64,000 nucleotides of DNA from Candidatus Riflebacteria bacterium HGW-Riflebacteria-1 (GTDB taxonomy: Bacteria; Muiribacteriota; Ozemobacteria; Ozemobacterales; Ozemobacteraceae). The stretch is from the NCBI GenBank assembly GCA_002839445.1, contig PGYB01000011.1:13817-77816 (forward strand), read 5' to 3'. The stretch's first letter is position 1; each line of letters opens with the position of its first letter. The notes below the pieces were generated by a model. The model was not told the DNA's origin, made no database searches, and saw only the letters and a program-made list of their open reading frames with translations. This document shows positions 1 to 9,554 of this stretch, in pieces. The translations under genes and the position numbers were made by a program.

Positions 1-353
1 TAGCATCGCCTGAATTCTTGCAAGCTTTGAATCATGAGGCCCGTAGGGCATGCTGGCATAATAGCGTACAGCATCGCACCCTATTACTACCAATGCCGTG
101 CCGTGACCCGCTAACAACCTCAAGACGTCATGCGTCACTGTTGTTCCTGGTTGCAACATAATTCCAGAAAGCATTTGAAAGGGAATCGCGTAATCGCCTG
201 CGGCAAATCACCGTCGCCAGCAGTAGTGAAACGCAACGTTCCATCTTCTGCCCAAAGTCGCCCTTTGGAAAGCCAGAGCAATCCAAACCTGTCAGACTGA
301 GGAATCCGTGCAGTCTCAAGCCCTAATCTGCCTTTCAGCATACTATTTCGCAA
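1..353 (-). pseudogene. cas1: cas1 (type I-E) 5' portion, running off the window start, with an apparent frameshift
   Basis: The ORF at 353..135 translates to MRNSMLKGRLGLETARIPQSDRFGLLWLSKGRLWAEDGTLRFTTAGDGD, which aligns with the Cas1e N-terminus (IPLKDRVSMIFLQYGQIDVIDGAFVLIDKTG). That frame stops at TGA 137-135. A second minus-strand frame open from ~207 to 1 reads GDYAIPFQMLSGIMLQPGTTVTHDVLRLLAGHGTALVVIGCDAVRYYASMPYGPHDSKLARIQAML, which matches Cas1e IPVGSVACIMLEPGTRVSHAAVRLAAQVGTLLVWVGEAGVRVYASGQP. The frame switch maps to about + strand 187-199. The position after cas6e fits the canonical I-E order. Confidence 0.6.
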
Positions 354-1086
354 TTGGCTTCAAAAGAAGCATTCCAAACCCAAAGGAGCTATGTCTACCA
401 ATTCCTTTAGTTATAAAACCTGTGAACTTTTCACCGTCCTGAATAAGCAATTCTCCTTTCAAACAAGCCTCTGGCCGCTCAAGAATCTTTGCAGTTCTGT
501 TTTCGCCCTGAGTTCTTCTCAGAAACTTTATTCTTTTGAACCCTTCAAGGCGGATAGACTCAACCTTTGCTGCTGCTGATCGTGTGAATTGTTCCAAACC
601 CCATTTTTTATAGACCTGCTCTCTACTTTGCTTCAATGAACTTTCCAAGTTGAGCGCGATCAGAAAAGCATCTACCTCAGCGCCTTTTTTAAACTTTCCG
701 GAACTGTTTCCAACCCTGACAACCGGGCAAGTTTTGACTTCAAAGTGATACTTTTTTCCTGTTGGCCAATTTTTGGGCATAGGTTTACTCGAAAACGTTT
801 CCCAGTTACAGGAAGAATATCTTAAAGGAGTGGAGTATTCTTCAGCCAATTCTTGAAGGTCTTTTGCACTTTGGTTAGAATAAGCCAGAACATTTATCCA
901 GCCAGCTTTTTGGCCCGTTATGCAGAATGTGGAAAACACATTTTTTCCAAACATCTCAAGGATCTGCTGATGAATGTAGTAACCTTCATCTACGTCTGTT
1001 TTCAATAAACCGGACTCGGATGCTTGAATCATTATCTTGCGCGCGTCAAACTGCATTTGAACCATAAACAATGGTAAGTTATTCAT
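343..1086 (-). CDS. cas6e: Cas6e (CasE/Cse3), CRISPR RNA endoribonuclease of type I-E
   Basis: A 247-aa protein with a C-terminal glycine-rich loop GIGRHSSFGFGML typical of Cas6e. It sits between cas5e and cas1 with overlapping boundaries, as in I-E operons. Confidence 0.8.
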   Translation of the reverse strand: MNNLPLFMVQMQFDARKIMIQASESGLLKTDVDEGYYIHQQILEMFGKNVFSTFCITGQKAGWINVLAYSNQSAKDLQELAEEYSTPLRYSSCNWETFSSKPMPKNWPTGKKYHFEVKTCPVVRVGNSSGKFKKGAEVDAFLIALNLESSLKQSREQVYKKWGLEQFTRSAAAKVESIRLEGFKRIKFLRRTQGENRTAKILERPEACLKGELLIQDGEKFTGFITKGIGRHSSFGFGMLLLKPIAK

Positions 1087-1802
1087 CGTTTTGCCTCCAG
1101 TTTCAGCAATCCATGGCGTATGCTTCGCTGGCCAACGTGAATTTGATTTTCCCAGTCTCTCTCATCCGTGACCATGGTTTCCTCATAATCTGCTTCATTC
1201 AAGCCAATTTCAGATGACCAGACTTCGAATTCGCCATGATGGCCAAGAGTGTTGGAGACATAGCTTTCAATTGCTGCCAATGTGGAGTCTGACTCAACCA
1301 ATGCTTCAAATAGCTTTGTAGATGGAATGCAGCATTTTCGGCCGATAAAAAGAGGTCTGGCTGGCCTTTGTAGCGCCTCCGCTATATCGGCAATCTTTAA
1401 GGAATCATTTTCGCTTTTAAATTTTATCGCTACTAGAAACGAGGCATTTGCCCAATAATCTCTGTTTCTGATATGAGTGCCTTTGGAACTTCCACCTGCC
1501 CGGACTTCCAATTGATGTTTCGTTGTCCAACCCCTATCAATCATGAAGTTCTGACCAAGATCAACAGTTTGGTAATCAGTTATTTTTTCGCCGCTTTGCA
1601 AGCAGCAAACAGAGTAGAGCAACTGGCTTTGCAATGTATTCAGTGAATCGAATTCACTATGATAGTAACCAAGAGCATTTGCCAACATTCCACACAATTG
1701 AGATAATGATGGAAAAGCCTGGATCGTTCCAATATTATCAACGATTGGCGCTCCAAAGCTCATCAAAGGAGCTTCAAGGCGCATTAGCAAGACTTTATGC
1801 AT
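1083..1802 (-). CDS. cas5e: Cas5e (CasD), Cascade subunit
   Basis: The N-terminus MRLEAPLMSFGAP matches the Cas5 family start motif (L.L.GPLQSWG-like). The LFIGRKCCIPS motif resembles the Cas5e conserved GRRxC region. It is 239 aa and sits between cas7e and cas6e. Confidence 0.8.
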   Translation of the reverse strand: MHKVLLMRLEAPLMSFGAPIVDNIGTIQAFPSLSQLCGMLANALGYYHSEFDSLNTLQSQLLYSVCCLQSGEKITDYQTVDLGQNFMIDRGWTTKHQLEVRAGGSSKGTHIRNRDYWANASFLVAIKFKSENDSLKIADIAEALQRPARPLFIGRKCCIPSTKLFEALVESDSTLAAIESYVSNTLGHHGEFEVWSSEIGLNEADYEETMVTDERDWENQIHVGQRSIRHGLLKLEAKR

Positions 1803-3006
1803 GGCTCCTCACTTTGCTGGCAATCCAATCTGCTGCAGAATCTAAAGAAATTCCTACTTTATCTTTGTCGATTACTGGTTTAAAGAGCGCTACGTTGCCA
1901 ATTGCAGAGACTGCTCTTTCATTGGAATTGCCATACATATTTTGCATCTGGTCCATGTAATTTGTTAATGCGACATATGAATTTTCCAGCAGATCAGGAG
2001 ACTGCTTTACAGGTTTCAAAAAAGCATTTGCTAAGGTTCTTGGCTGTTCGTTACCAGATTCGACCATCACCATGCTGGCATAACTGTAAGGCGCTGTAGA
2101 TCCTAGTTTTGCTCCTGGGGATACCTTGGCGACGAGATGAACAAGTTGTTTTACAACTTTTGCCGCGAGTTCTTTGTCGGCGCTTCGCCATTCGGTTGCT
2201 TTGCAGCCCTCAAGGTTGGATATAAGTAAAGGAACGTCAACTACTACATAGCCGTAGTATAAACCGCTGGTAAGCTCAACTGAATTTATATGGCCACTTT
2301 TCAGCGCTTTTTCTTCATTATCTGCGTCTAACAGATCGTCAATTGCCGCAAAATAATCGCTTTCGCAGGATTCTTCATGAACCGTTAGTGCATGAGCCAC
2401 GTGAACTGCAGCATCACCTCGAGCTAATATGTCACTTGTAACCATTCGACCAAATAATGCAGCATCCAGGCCAGCAGCCATTTTAATGGCACTCAGATTT
2501 TTTTTGATCTCTTTTATGCGGTCCTTGACTTCTTTCGCGGCACTTTCACCTGAAACAGCCTTTTGGCAAACCCCTTGCGCAACGGAAAACAGGTAATCCA
2601 CTTCGGGTTTGCCTAATACTGTAAGCTGGCTTGTAGTTGCTTCTACTGAAGCGACTTCCTCTTTGCCTTTTTTGGCGGCACTTTTTTTGCTCTTACCTAA
2701 AATTTCTACAATCAGTGCGTCAACTACCGGTTTGACAGTTGAATCAGCGCAACCGGTTGCCAGCAAAGGCTTTCTTATGCATTCCTCAAAAGTTCTTCTC
2801 GAACGAATTGAGCCAGGAACATTAAGAGCCTTTAACCCAATTGCACCATCAAAGACTCGCCAATGCCTCTTAAGGCACTGCGAAGAAATCCTTAAGCGTT
2901 CGCCGCCACCAAAGGGAATGCGTTTGGCAAAACCGGCATCGTCACGATTGAGAAGTGCGGCCGGGTATGAAGTAAGAAAATGTATTTGTACGAATTTGTC
3001 AGACAT
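1795..3006 (-). CDS. cas7e: Cas7e (CasC/Cse4), Cascade backbone subunit
   Basis: The N-terminal signature LLNRDDAGFAKRIPFGGGERLRISSQCLKRHWR is the classic Cas7e/CasC motif. It is 403 aa. Confidence 0.88.
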   Translation of the reverse strand: MSDKFVQIHFLTSYPAALLNRDDAGFAKRIPFGGGERLRISSQCLKRHWRVFDGAIGLKALNVPGSIRSRRTFEECIRKPLLATGCADSTVKPVVDALIVEILGKSKKSAAKKGKEEVASVEATTSQLTVLGKPEVDYLFSVAQGVCQKAVSGESAAKEVKDRIKEIKKNLSAIKMAAGLDAALFGRMVTSDILARGDAAVHVAHALTVHEESCESDYFAAIDDLLDADNEEKALKSGHINSVELTSGLYYGYVVVDVPLLISNLEGCKATEWRSADKELAAKVVKQLVHLVAKVSPGAKLGSTAPYSYASMVMVESGNEQPRTLANAFLKPVKQSPDLLENSYVALTNYMDQMQNMYGNSNERAVSAIGNVALFKPVIDKDKVGISLDSAADWIASKVRSHA

Positions 3007-3541
3007 TTTTGTTCTCCTCTGATTTGTTATTGAGAGCTTGTGATCTGTAATAATCTCTAGAAATTTTTCTGCGAACGATTTGAGCTACTTCGCTGTCACT
3101 ATGGCTTTTCATAAGCTCAAATGCTTCTGAAATATTTCCAGAAATTCCTTTGGAAGAAAGATACTTGCACATATAGCATACCTGCTTGCGTAGTGCGTCT
3201 TCATTCGCTTTTAACAGTCTATAAAAACGTAGTTCGGGATACCCGGCGTTACTCAGTGCCACACCCAGCGACACAGACGGGTTAAACATAGAAGCATCAG
3301 ATGCCATGGCACATAAAAGAACCATCAGGTTTTTTTCAAAAACCATTGCTTTTTTTTCATCAGCAGTCGGGTAAAATTTGTAGTTTTCTAAAGATGGCAT
3401 GGCAATTCGATAAAATGCTGGTGGCGGTGGCTCGTCAGGTTTTTGGCGTTTTAATTGAGCCAATTCACCGTTTGATGCCAGTCTTGTTATCTTGAAGTTG
3501 ATTTCTTCGAACAACTCCTTTAATGATTCATGCTGATCCAT
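2999..3541 (-). CDS. cse2: Cse2 (CasB/Cas11e), Cascade small subunit
   Basis: A 180-aa predicted helical protein sitting between cse1 and cas7e. Its size and position are canonical for I-E. The 8-nt and 14-nt overlaps with its neighbours suggest an operon. Confidence 0.7.
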   Translation of the reverse strand: MDQHESLKELFEEINFKITRLASNGELAQLKRQKPDEPPPPAFYRIAMPSLENYKFYPTADEKKAMVFEKNLMVLLCAMASDASMFNPSVSLGVALSNAGYPELRFYRLLKANEDALRKQVCYMCKYLSSKGISGNISEAFELMKSHSDSEVAQIVRRKISRDYYRSQALNNKSEENKNV

Positions 3542-5048
3542 CTGTTTTCTCCTTTACGAACAAGTGCTGGAAACGTTTTCTTTTGCAGCCTATAAACATT
3601 CCTTCAGCTTCACAGCTAATTCTATAGAAGCTGACAGAGGCTGTTGGCAATCTTTTAATAGCGGTCTGCAGGATTTCATGTGCAGTGTTGAGTAGCTCAA
3701 TTTCCCAGAGTCTATTTGCTTCCTCATCCTGCAATTCAATTCCCGACCAGAGTTTTGGGAAAAATTTTTGATCTACCTTTGTGGTAAATCTGGCAAGCCA
3801 TGGCATGGCTTTTCTCAAATCATCATTTAATAGCTTCTTTAAAGCCGGTAAAAGAACATTCTTTTCGATTACTGAAGCAATGTTTACCCACTTCTTTGAT
3901 TGCTCTCCTACCTTGTCTTTTCCAGAAACGGTCGCCAGCATTTTTCTTGCTTTGGCGGGTATTTTTACCGATCTTTCATGGTAGCCCTCTGTCTCTCCCT
4001 TTCCTCGCACCAGTACAGATCCCCAAAAGAAGGCTTGTTTAGCGTCTTGCTTAATCTCCTGGGTTACACCTGCCTTGTAGACATTTCCAAAAATAATCTC
4101 TTGAGTTAACTGGTAGTCAAAACCTTTGCTGCTGACACTCAACGCCTTTTGTTCCTCTTTGTTTACAGGGGTCCATGGGTCGCCAGTCCGGCCATTTAAA
4201 TCTTTCGCTAAAATCCTTGCTGATTTTGAATTTTGCAAAGAAGCAATTATACGGTTTGCCTGCTTGACTAATCGAATGCGTCTGCAAATCTCGATGAAAA
4301 AGGGATTCAGTTCGCTCAATTCGATTTGTGTCTTGCCATTCCAGGCCTTAAGCCATAAAAGACAAATTCCGTCTTCAGATTTATAGTGTTCATAAGCCTC
4401 TAATATCTTATTTCTACCATTAAGGCACTTTTCAATATCATCAATAAATACCTTGCCAGGCAAGTGACTACTTCGAAATGTCGCACATGGTCTGCTGCCA
4501 AAGCCTCCGTTCATGCGTGCTATGCCGTAGTTGCCACGCCCCATTACGCCTTGCATTGTCTGCAAAGAAATTAGAGCGTATAACCAATGTGAATACCGAG
4601 GATTAATAATCCTTTTCATTTTAACATCGTGATTTTTCGCTGTATTCAACAGATCAATCAGATCTGGCGAGTCGCCATTATCAGTTTTAAAACTGGTTAG
4701 ATTCCCTTCAGGAACAGGAGACTGCATGAATGCCGGTTTTGCCAGGTTCGGCACGATCAGCGACCAGGCTTCATACTCACCATTTGTCATGGTCAGGAGC
4801 ATTTCTTTCCATTTTTCGACAGAATCGCAATATGCAAGTTGATGCTTGTGTAAGGTCATGGCTGCAAGCTGAACCAGAAAAGCATGCCATGAATGTTGTT
4901 GATGCTTTTGCAGAGTAATAAAGGCTTCGATTTCGTTTCTGGTTAAGCAGGCCAATACTTCTGGTAATGTTAATTCATGCTCGTTGCCATCTGTTTTTCT
5001 GACCTGAATCAGCTTGTCAGACAACAAGCAATGCTCGTAATTATGCAT
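3528..5048 (-). CDS. cse1: Cse1 (CasA/Cas8e), Cascade large subunit
   Basis: It is 506 aa and sits directly downstream of cas3 and upstream of cse2. The N-terminal region (LLSDKLIQVRKTDGNEHELTLPEVLA) resembles the Cas8e N-terminal L.EPWIPV..G....LSL motif region. Confidence 0.75.
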   Translation of the reverse strand: MHNYEHCLLSDKLIQVRKTDGNEHELTLPEVLACLTRNEIEAFITLQKHQQHSWHAFLVQLAAMTLHKHQLAYCDSVEKWKEMLLTMTNGEYEAWSLIVPNLAKPAFMQSPVPEGNLTSFKTDNGDSPDLIDLLNTAKNHDVKMKRIINPRYSHWLYALISLQTMQGVMGRGNYGIARMNGGFGSRPCATFRSSHLPGKVFIDDIEKCLNGRNKILEAYEHYKSEDGICLLWLKAWNGKTQIELSELNPFFIEICRRIRLVKQANRIIASLQNSKSARILAKDLNGRTGDPWTPVNKEEQKALSVSSKGFDYQLTQEIIFGNVYKAGVTQEIKQDAKQAFFWGSVLVRGKGETEGYHERSVKIPAKARKMLATVSGKDKVGEQSKKWVNIASVIEKNVLLPALKKLLNDDLRKAMPWLARFTTKVDQKFFPKLWSGIELQDEEANRLWEIELLNTAHEILQTAIKRLPTASVSFYRISCEAEGMFIGCKRKRFQHLFVKEKTDGSA

Positions 5049-5050
5049 GT

Positions 5051-7711
5051 TTACTCTCCTCGCGGTAATTTTCTAAGACCCAGGCGGTCATAAACAAACT
5101 TGTCCAGGCCCAAAGAAAATGATAGTTCACCATCTAATCTTCTTGAAACTACAGGCTCGGTATCGGAACTTACGCCTTTTGCCATAAAAGCCGGGATGCT
5201 AATCTGTTTGAATTCGGTATTGAAGGCACTAATTGTAGCCTCCGAAAAGATCGCACATCTATCTCCTTCACCAAGGCGGGTTTGGATTTTTTCGTCTTTT
5301 ACATCGCCGCTGTTGTATTCCCCTAATGGGTTTTCCCACTCAAATCGGTTAAGAGCCGCTCCTGTTGATTTCCCAAAAGCTTTCCCGCGAACCAGTTTCA
5401 TTTGTTCGTTGAAACACTCCGCTGAATCGCATATCATTTTTAATGCTTCAGAATGCATGGTGTTTTCAATCAGTTCCCGGTTCATGTCAGGAATTGTCAC
5501 GCACTTGTGCTTTTCGATCTGTTGCCTGGTAGCTTCAATAGTTACCAGGTTTTCATAAACCACGCCTAACCCCATTTCTGTTTTTATATAATCAGAGCTT
5601 TTGTTTGTTGATATTTCGCTCGCAATCTTGCCGATGCCTTTTCTGGGCTTGTTAACTATGCAAACAGGTTCTTTGAACATGGGGTTACGGTCTGCTCTAA
5701 CGTGCCTGTGCAAGCGGCCAATTCTTTGTAAAAGCACATCCATTGGCGCCAGGTCGGTAATCATGAAGTCAGCATCAATATCCAAACTCTGCTGCACAGT
5801 TTGAGTGGCACAAACCACACAACCTTCTGCTTTAGAGCCTTTCCCGAAGCTTTTTTCCAGAGCAAGGTCGAGTTTTTTTCGATCGTCTGGAACGAATCTT
5901 GAATGATGAGGAGCCGGGAGTCCAGAGCATCTGAAAAGACAATCAGTCGAAGCTTCTGCTTCTGCAATTTTCTCAAGTTCATACTGTGTTTTGATACAAT
6001 CACCGACAGTGTTTCGGATAATAAGAACTCGCCCGCCCAGTTTGGCTTTTTCTAATGCCAGTCTTGCCGTATTTTCAAAATCGAGTAGTTCTGTCCGCCA
6101 GGCAACTACCTTTTTTTCTCCCGCAGGTGGCAAAGCGATCTGAACGAGTTCTGAGTTGACAGCTTTGCTGACAAGTAGTGGAAAGTTCCTTTGAGCAGCT
6201 ATTTCTAGAGACAGGGTATCAATCTTTTTTCCGGCAATTCCCAGATATGTCTCTGCCATCTCGCAGCCTAGTGTGGCTGACATAAGTAATGAGTGCCCAG
6301 CTGATTTAATGTGGGTTTGCAGAACAAATTTTAGAATTCGGTTCATATATTCATCAGAAGCATGGACTTCATCGACAACAAGAAATAATCTTTGTAAAGC
6401 TGCAGCCCTTAACAGAGAGTGTTTTACGGCAAGTTGAGAAAGAAGAATCTGGTCGATTGTGCCAACAATAATAGATCCAGCCAGATATCTTTTGGGATTT
6501 TCTGCCGCCCAGCCGCGCAGTCTAAGCCTGTCATCAACGACTTCGTCATCTGACCAGAGCACTTTGAAACCCGGTAGTTTCTGCCCTTCCTGGTCATCAG
6601 CCTTTAAATAGCCTGGAACCGCCAAAATAACTGGTGGGCGGGTTTTATCATCTGGAAAAGACTTCGCAACGTAGCCTCTGATTCTCTCAAAAATTTGAGT
6701 TGCAGCTGTTCTCGTTGGCAGGGCGAAATACATGCCATCAACAGCTCCAGCTTCCATTAAGCGTAAGAATCTCCCAAAGCATGCTTCGGTTTTCCCGGAA
6801 CCTGTAGCTGACTCTAGAATTGTTATCGAACCGTTACCTACAATTGGCATTTGAGCCGTAACCTTTTGTATTTCATACAGCGGAAAGTTAAAAATTCCGG
6901 GAAGGTCATAGCCAGCATTTGCAAGATAATCTTGAGCGTTACATGTTTCAACTCCAATTGCTTTCAGTGCTTCAGGAATCCTTGGCAAAACTGAAGTTGC
7001 TCGGTCCTCGCCGGCTTGAGAGAACGAGAAAAACCTTGTATCAGAGGCTATCCAGTCAGCCAGGCAGACAAGTCCACTGAACATGTACTGGAAATAGCTA
7101 GAATCAGGCAACTTGTCTTCTAACAAGTCCGAACGTAAGTTTGGAAAAATTGAAAAACAGGCATCAGTAACGCGTTTAAGGCCATCAAAAGGGTTGATGC
7201 CACAAGTTGGTTTCCAGTGAATGGCTTTCGAATACTGTTCACAGCCATCTAAGCGATATGTTTTACCATGATGCATTATTGATGCAATAAGATAAAAACA
7301 AGATGAGTCATTGGCGCCCCATGGCTCGATTTCTTTATAGCGTAACCCTGACAGCAATTGGGCATTAAACAGTTCTGAGTTGTAAATCAAACCTAATGCT
7401 TCTCGAACATGGCCGGCTAAGAAAGTTTGATTACTTTTTGCTCTGTTTTGGAAGCCGTTGTTGAGTTTGCCGAGATCATGCAAGGTGGCAAAAAAACTTA
7501 ATCGGTCAATCTGAACTTCAGTCAGCTCTCTTTGCCCGACTAGGCTGGCCAGAGTGTTTCTTATCTTTGTTGAAGAGCAGATGGCTTTAAAAACCAGACC
7601 CACATCAATACAATGGTCGATCAGCGGGTGCCAACTTGCAGTGTTGCCTGCTTCGTCATGCTCAAGTTTTGCCCAAAAATCGGTTGGTTCGCCCCTCATC
7701 GAAGACCTCAA
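5051..7711 (-). CDS. cas3: Cas3 HD nuclease/helicase (type I signature protein)
   Basis: An 886-aa protein. The N-terminal HD domain has motifs HPLIDHCIDVG and LHDLGKLNNGFQ. It is followed by an SF2 helicase with Walker A LESATGSGKTEA and DExH-like VVDEVHASDEY. Its stop is 2 nt from the cse1 start. Confidence 0.9.
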   Translation of the reverse strand: MRSSMRGEPTDFWAKLEHDEAGNTASWHPLIDHCIDVGLVFKAICSSTKIRNTLASLVGQRELTEVQIDRLSFFATLHDLGKLNNGFQNRAKSNQTFLAGHVREALGLIYNSELFNAQLLSGLRYKEIEPWGANDSSCFYLIASIMHHGKTYRLDGCEQYSKAIHWKPTCGINPFDGLKRVTDACFSIFPNLRSDLLEDKLPDSSYFQYMFSGLVCLADWIASDTRFFSFSQAGEDRATSVLPRIPEALKAIGVETCNAQDYLANAGYDLPGIFNFPLYEIQKVTAQMPIVGNGSITILESATGSGKTEACFGRFLRLMEAGAVDGMYFALPTRTAATQIFERIRGYVAKSFPDDKTRPPVILAVPGYLKADDQEGQKLPGFKVLWSDDEVVDDRLRLRGWAAENPKRYLAGSIIVGTIDQILLSQLAVKHSLLRAAALQRLFLVVDEVHASDEYMNRILKFVLQTHIKSAGHSLLMSATLGCEMAETYLGIAGKKIDTLSLEIAAQRNFPLLVSKAVNSELVQIALPPAGEKKVVAWRTELLDFENTARLALEKAKLGGRVLIIRNTVGDCIKTQYELEKIAEAEASTDCLFRCSGLPAPHHSRFVPDDRKKLDLALEKSFGKGSKAEGCVVCATQTVQQSLDIDADFMITDLAPMDVLLQRIGRLHRHVRADRNPMFKEPVCIVNKPRKGIGKIASEISTNKSSDYIKTEMGLGVVYENLVTIEATRQQIEKHKCVTIPDMNRELIENTMHSEALKMICDSAECFNEQMKLVRGKAFGKSTGAALNRFEWENPLGEYNSGDVKDEKIQTRLGEGDRCAIFSEATISAFNTEFKQISIPAFMAKGVSSDTEPVVSRRLDGELSFSLGLDKFVYDRLGLRKLPRGE

Positions 7712-7971
7712 ATGTGCATTTTAGCCAACGAAATTTGAATTAAATTTCTAAGTGTGGCTTATCTGATTTGTATTTGTTTACCTTATAATAATTAAATTAT
7801 GGTTACAAGCCTTTTCCTCGAATTATGGCTTGCCTTCGGCCAGTTGCCGAGTTTGAACCTAGCCAAACTACAAAAACCAAGGTCAAGTGACTATTTTCCT
7901 GCTATTTCCTTCGCTAAATAGCATTTTAAGGGAGTGTTCAAAGGTTATAATTCTTGAACTTTCTAGTAATT
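7712..7971. promoter_or_regulatory. AT-rich intergenic region upstream of cas3; probable promoter of the cas operon
   Basis: A 260-bp AT-rich non-coding stretch immediately 5' of cas3 on the minus strand. Confidence 0.4.
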
Positions 7972-8271
7972 TTAGATTAACCGCATGCGTTTGCTAACGC
8001 CTCGGCACCGGTATAGCGGGTTGCCACAGTAGCCAAATTTTGCTGACCTGTTGCGCGAGTTGAAATCGAAGCATTGAACCCGGCCAACTGCTTCGCTGAT
8101 TCCATCTTCGAAGAAAACCAGATTTGACTTGCGGTCAGTTGGTGGCACTCTAACGCCATTCACAACCGGCCGACAGGTGCGTTCTTCAAGCCGGCATGTA
8201 TCCTTCCATTGCGTTGCAGCCATGGCCTGAGATGAAGTCATTGTTTCAAAGCGCAAGCGATCTGCCGTCAT
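7972..8271 (-). CDS. hypothetical small Cys-containing protein (99 aa)
   Basis: An ORF with no recognisable motifs. Its coding status is uncertain. Confidence 0.3.
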   Translation of the reverse strand: MTADRLRFETMTSSQAMAATQWKDTCRLEERTCRPVVNGVRVPPTDRKSNLVFFEDGISEAVGRVQCFDFNSRNRSAKFGYCGNPLYRCRGVSKRMRLI

Positions 8272-8437
8272 GTTCAGTTACCTCGCTGTTCAAGTAATAA
8301 CACATCTTACAGATCATTGAAAATTGCTGATCGTTTCGAAAGAGTTGTTGGCAAATCATGTGCCCAAAATGCATGAACAGGCTTTATCCAGATTATGCGG
8401 AAGAAGCAGATGACGGTCAGAAAATCCCCGGCTGAAT

Positions 8438-8926
8438 CTATTCATTGATGATAAAAGCAAACGCGCTGGATGGGTCCCAGATGTAGTCTGAAGTGGCACG
8501 ATAACCGCGTAGCCAGAGAGTTCCGTTCAGCCGGCGCAGATAGAAACCATTGGGATATTCTTCGTCATCTCTGGTTTTTGCCGAAGCTACCGTCAAATAC
8601 GGCCCTTCAGGCTGATCCATATGCTGCAGTCGGAAATGTGCCGCCAGCTCAAGCGGGCATAAAGCAAGTCCCTGCCGCGAAGCTGCTGCAAATATTTCAG
8701 AACTGGTGCCACCATTATTCAGGCCCAATTCTTGTGCTGAAACCACGGCGAGGTTTACCTGCTGCGGCTCTGAGATCGTAAAATGCGGGTCATCAAAAAG
8801 AACTCTGGCATATTCATTCTGTTGAATCCCTGCCTCGGCAAGCCTTTGCAATAGCTGCTCCAGGGGCATCCCGCCAGTGGTAATCTTCTTGAAATTTTTT
8901 GTTGCCATATCAGTTCTTATGGTCAT
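8438..8926 (-). CDS. hypothetical protein (162 aa)
   Basis: An ORF adjacent to the Nudix gene and probably co-transcribed with it. It carries no recognised motif. Confidence 0.5.
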   Translation of the reverse strand: MTIRTDMATKNFKKITTGGMPLEQLLQRLAEAGIQQNEYARVLFDDPHFTISEPQQVNLAVVSAQELGLNNGGTSSEIFAAASRQGLALCPLELAAHFRLQHMDQPEGPYLTVASAKTRDDEEYPNGFYLRRLNGTLWLRGYRATSDYIWDPSSAFAFIINE

Positions 8927-8927
8927 T

Positions 8928-9362
8928 TTACGCCTGGTTACTGCAGGGCTTTTTCAGCAGGTTAACTCCGGCTTCAACCAGTTCAACTATTTTCAGCTCA
9001 GACAGCCGGTCAAGCTGGTGCCATTCGCAGCGGTCGGTGGTTCCTGAAGCTTCATGCCGCAGCTCGCCGCCGACAACTGTTATGTTGTAGAGGATTCTGA
9101 TTCCCTGAAACTCTTCATAGTCTCTTTTGATAAACAGGTTATCTATGCCGGCGATGCCTTCGGGTCTGACGATCAGGCCGGTTTCTTCTTCGACCTCACG
9201 CACGACTGCGACATCGGGGTTCTCGCCAAACTCAAGCCCACCGCCCGGAAGCGTCCAGCATCCTTCCCATTCAGGAATCTCTCTGGAAAGACGACAGAGC
9301 AGAATGCGCCCCGCATCGTGAATAAGAGCATAAGCAGAAACACGTAATCGCTGATTTTTCAT
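8928..9362 (-). CDS. Nudix hydrolase
   Basis: The Nudix box GGGLEFGENPDVAVVREVEEETGL matches GX5EX7REUXEEXGU. Confidence 0.85.
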   Translation of the reverse strand: MKNQRLRVSAYALIHDAGRILLCRLSREIPEWEGCWTLPGGGLEFGENPDVAVVREVEEETGLIVRPEGIAGIDNLFIKRDYEEFQGIRILYNITVVGGELRHEASGTTDRCEWHQLDRLSELKIVELVEAGVNLLKKPCSNQA

Positions 9363-9554
9363 ATAGATGCTGCTACCCTCCTTGTCAGAACCTGTCCGGC
9401 ATTATACAACAGGCAAACCAACCAGCTCTGGTTGATTTAAAATTGTTACTCAGGCAGAAGATTTAAACGTTACAAGAATACTGGCAGAGTAAGAGGGATG
9501 GCTAATGCTGGGTTGCGCAGGATAGAGCAGCTCTGCTGAGACAAGCAACTTTGA

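Noticed and set aside
128-319. ORF 128..319 (minus strand) as a separate gene
   Set aside because: It is an out-of-frame reading inside the cas1 region. The Cas1 homology is in the other two frames.
1634-1960. Many 60-160-aa ORFs on the strand opposite the large genes (for example 1634..1960, 2609..3022, 5100..5558, 13631..13984, 20775..21257, 21142..21633, 23608..24324, 32140..32694, 33589..34155, 54620..55225, 57361..57798)
   Set aside because: They lie wholly inside well-supported long genes on the other strand and have no motifs. They are typical antisense or out-of-frame artefacts in regions with GC-biased third positions.
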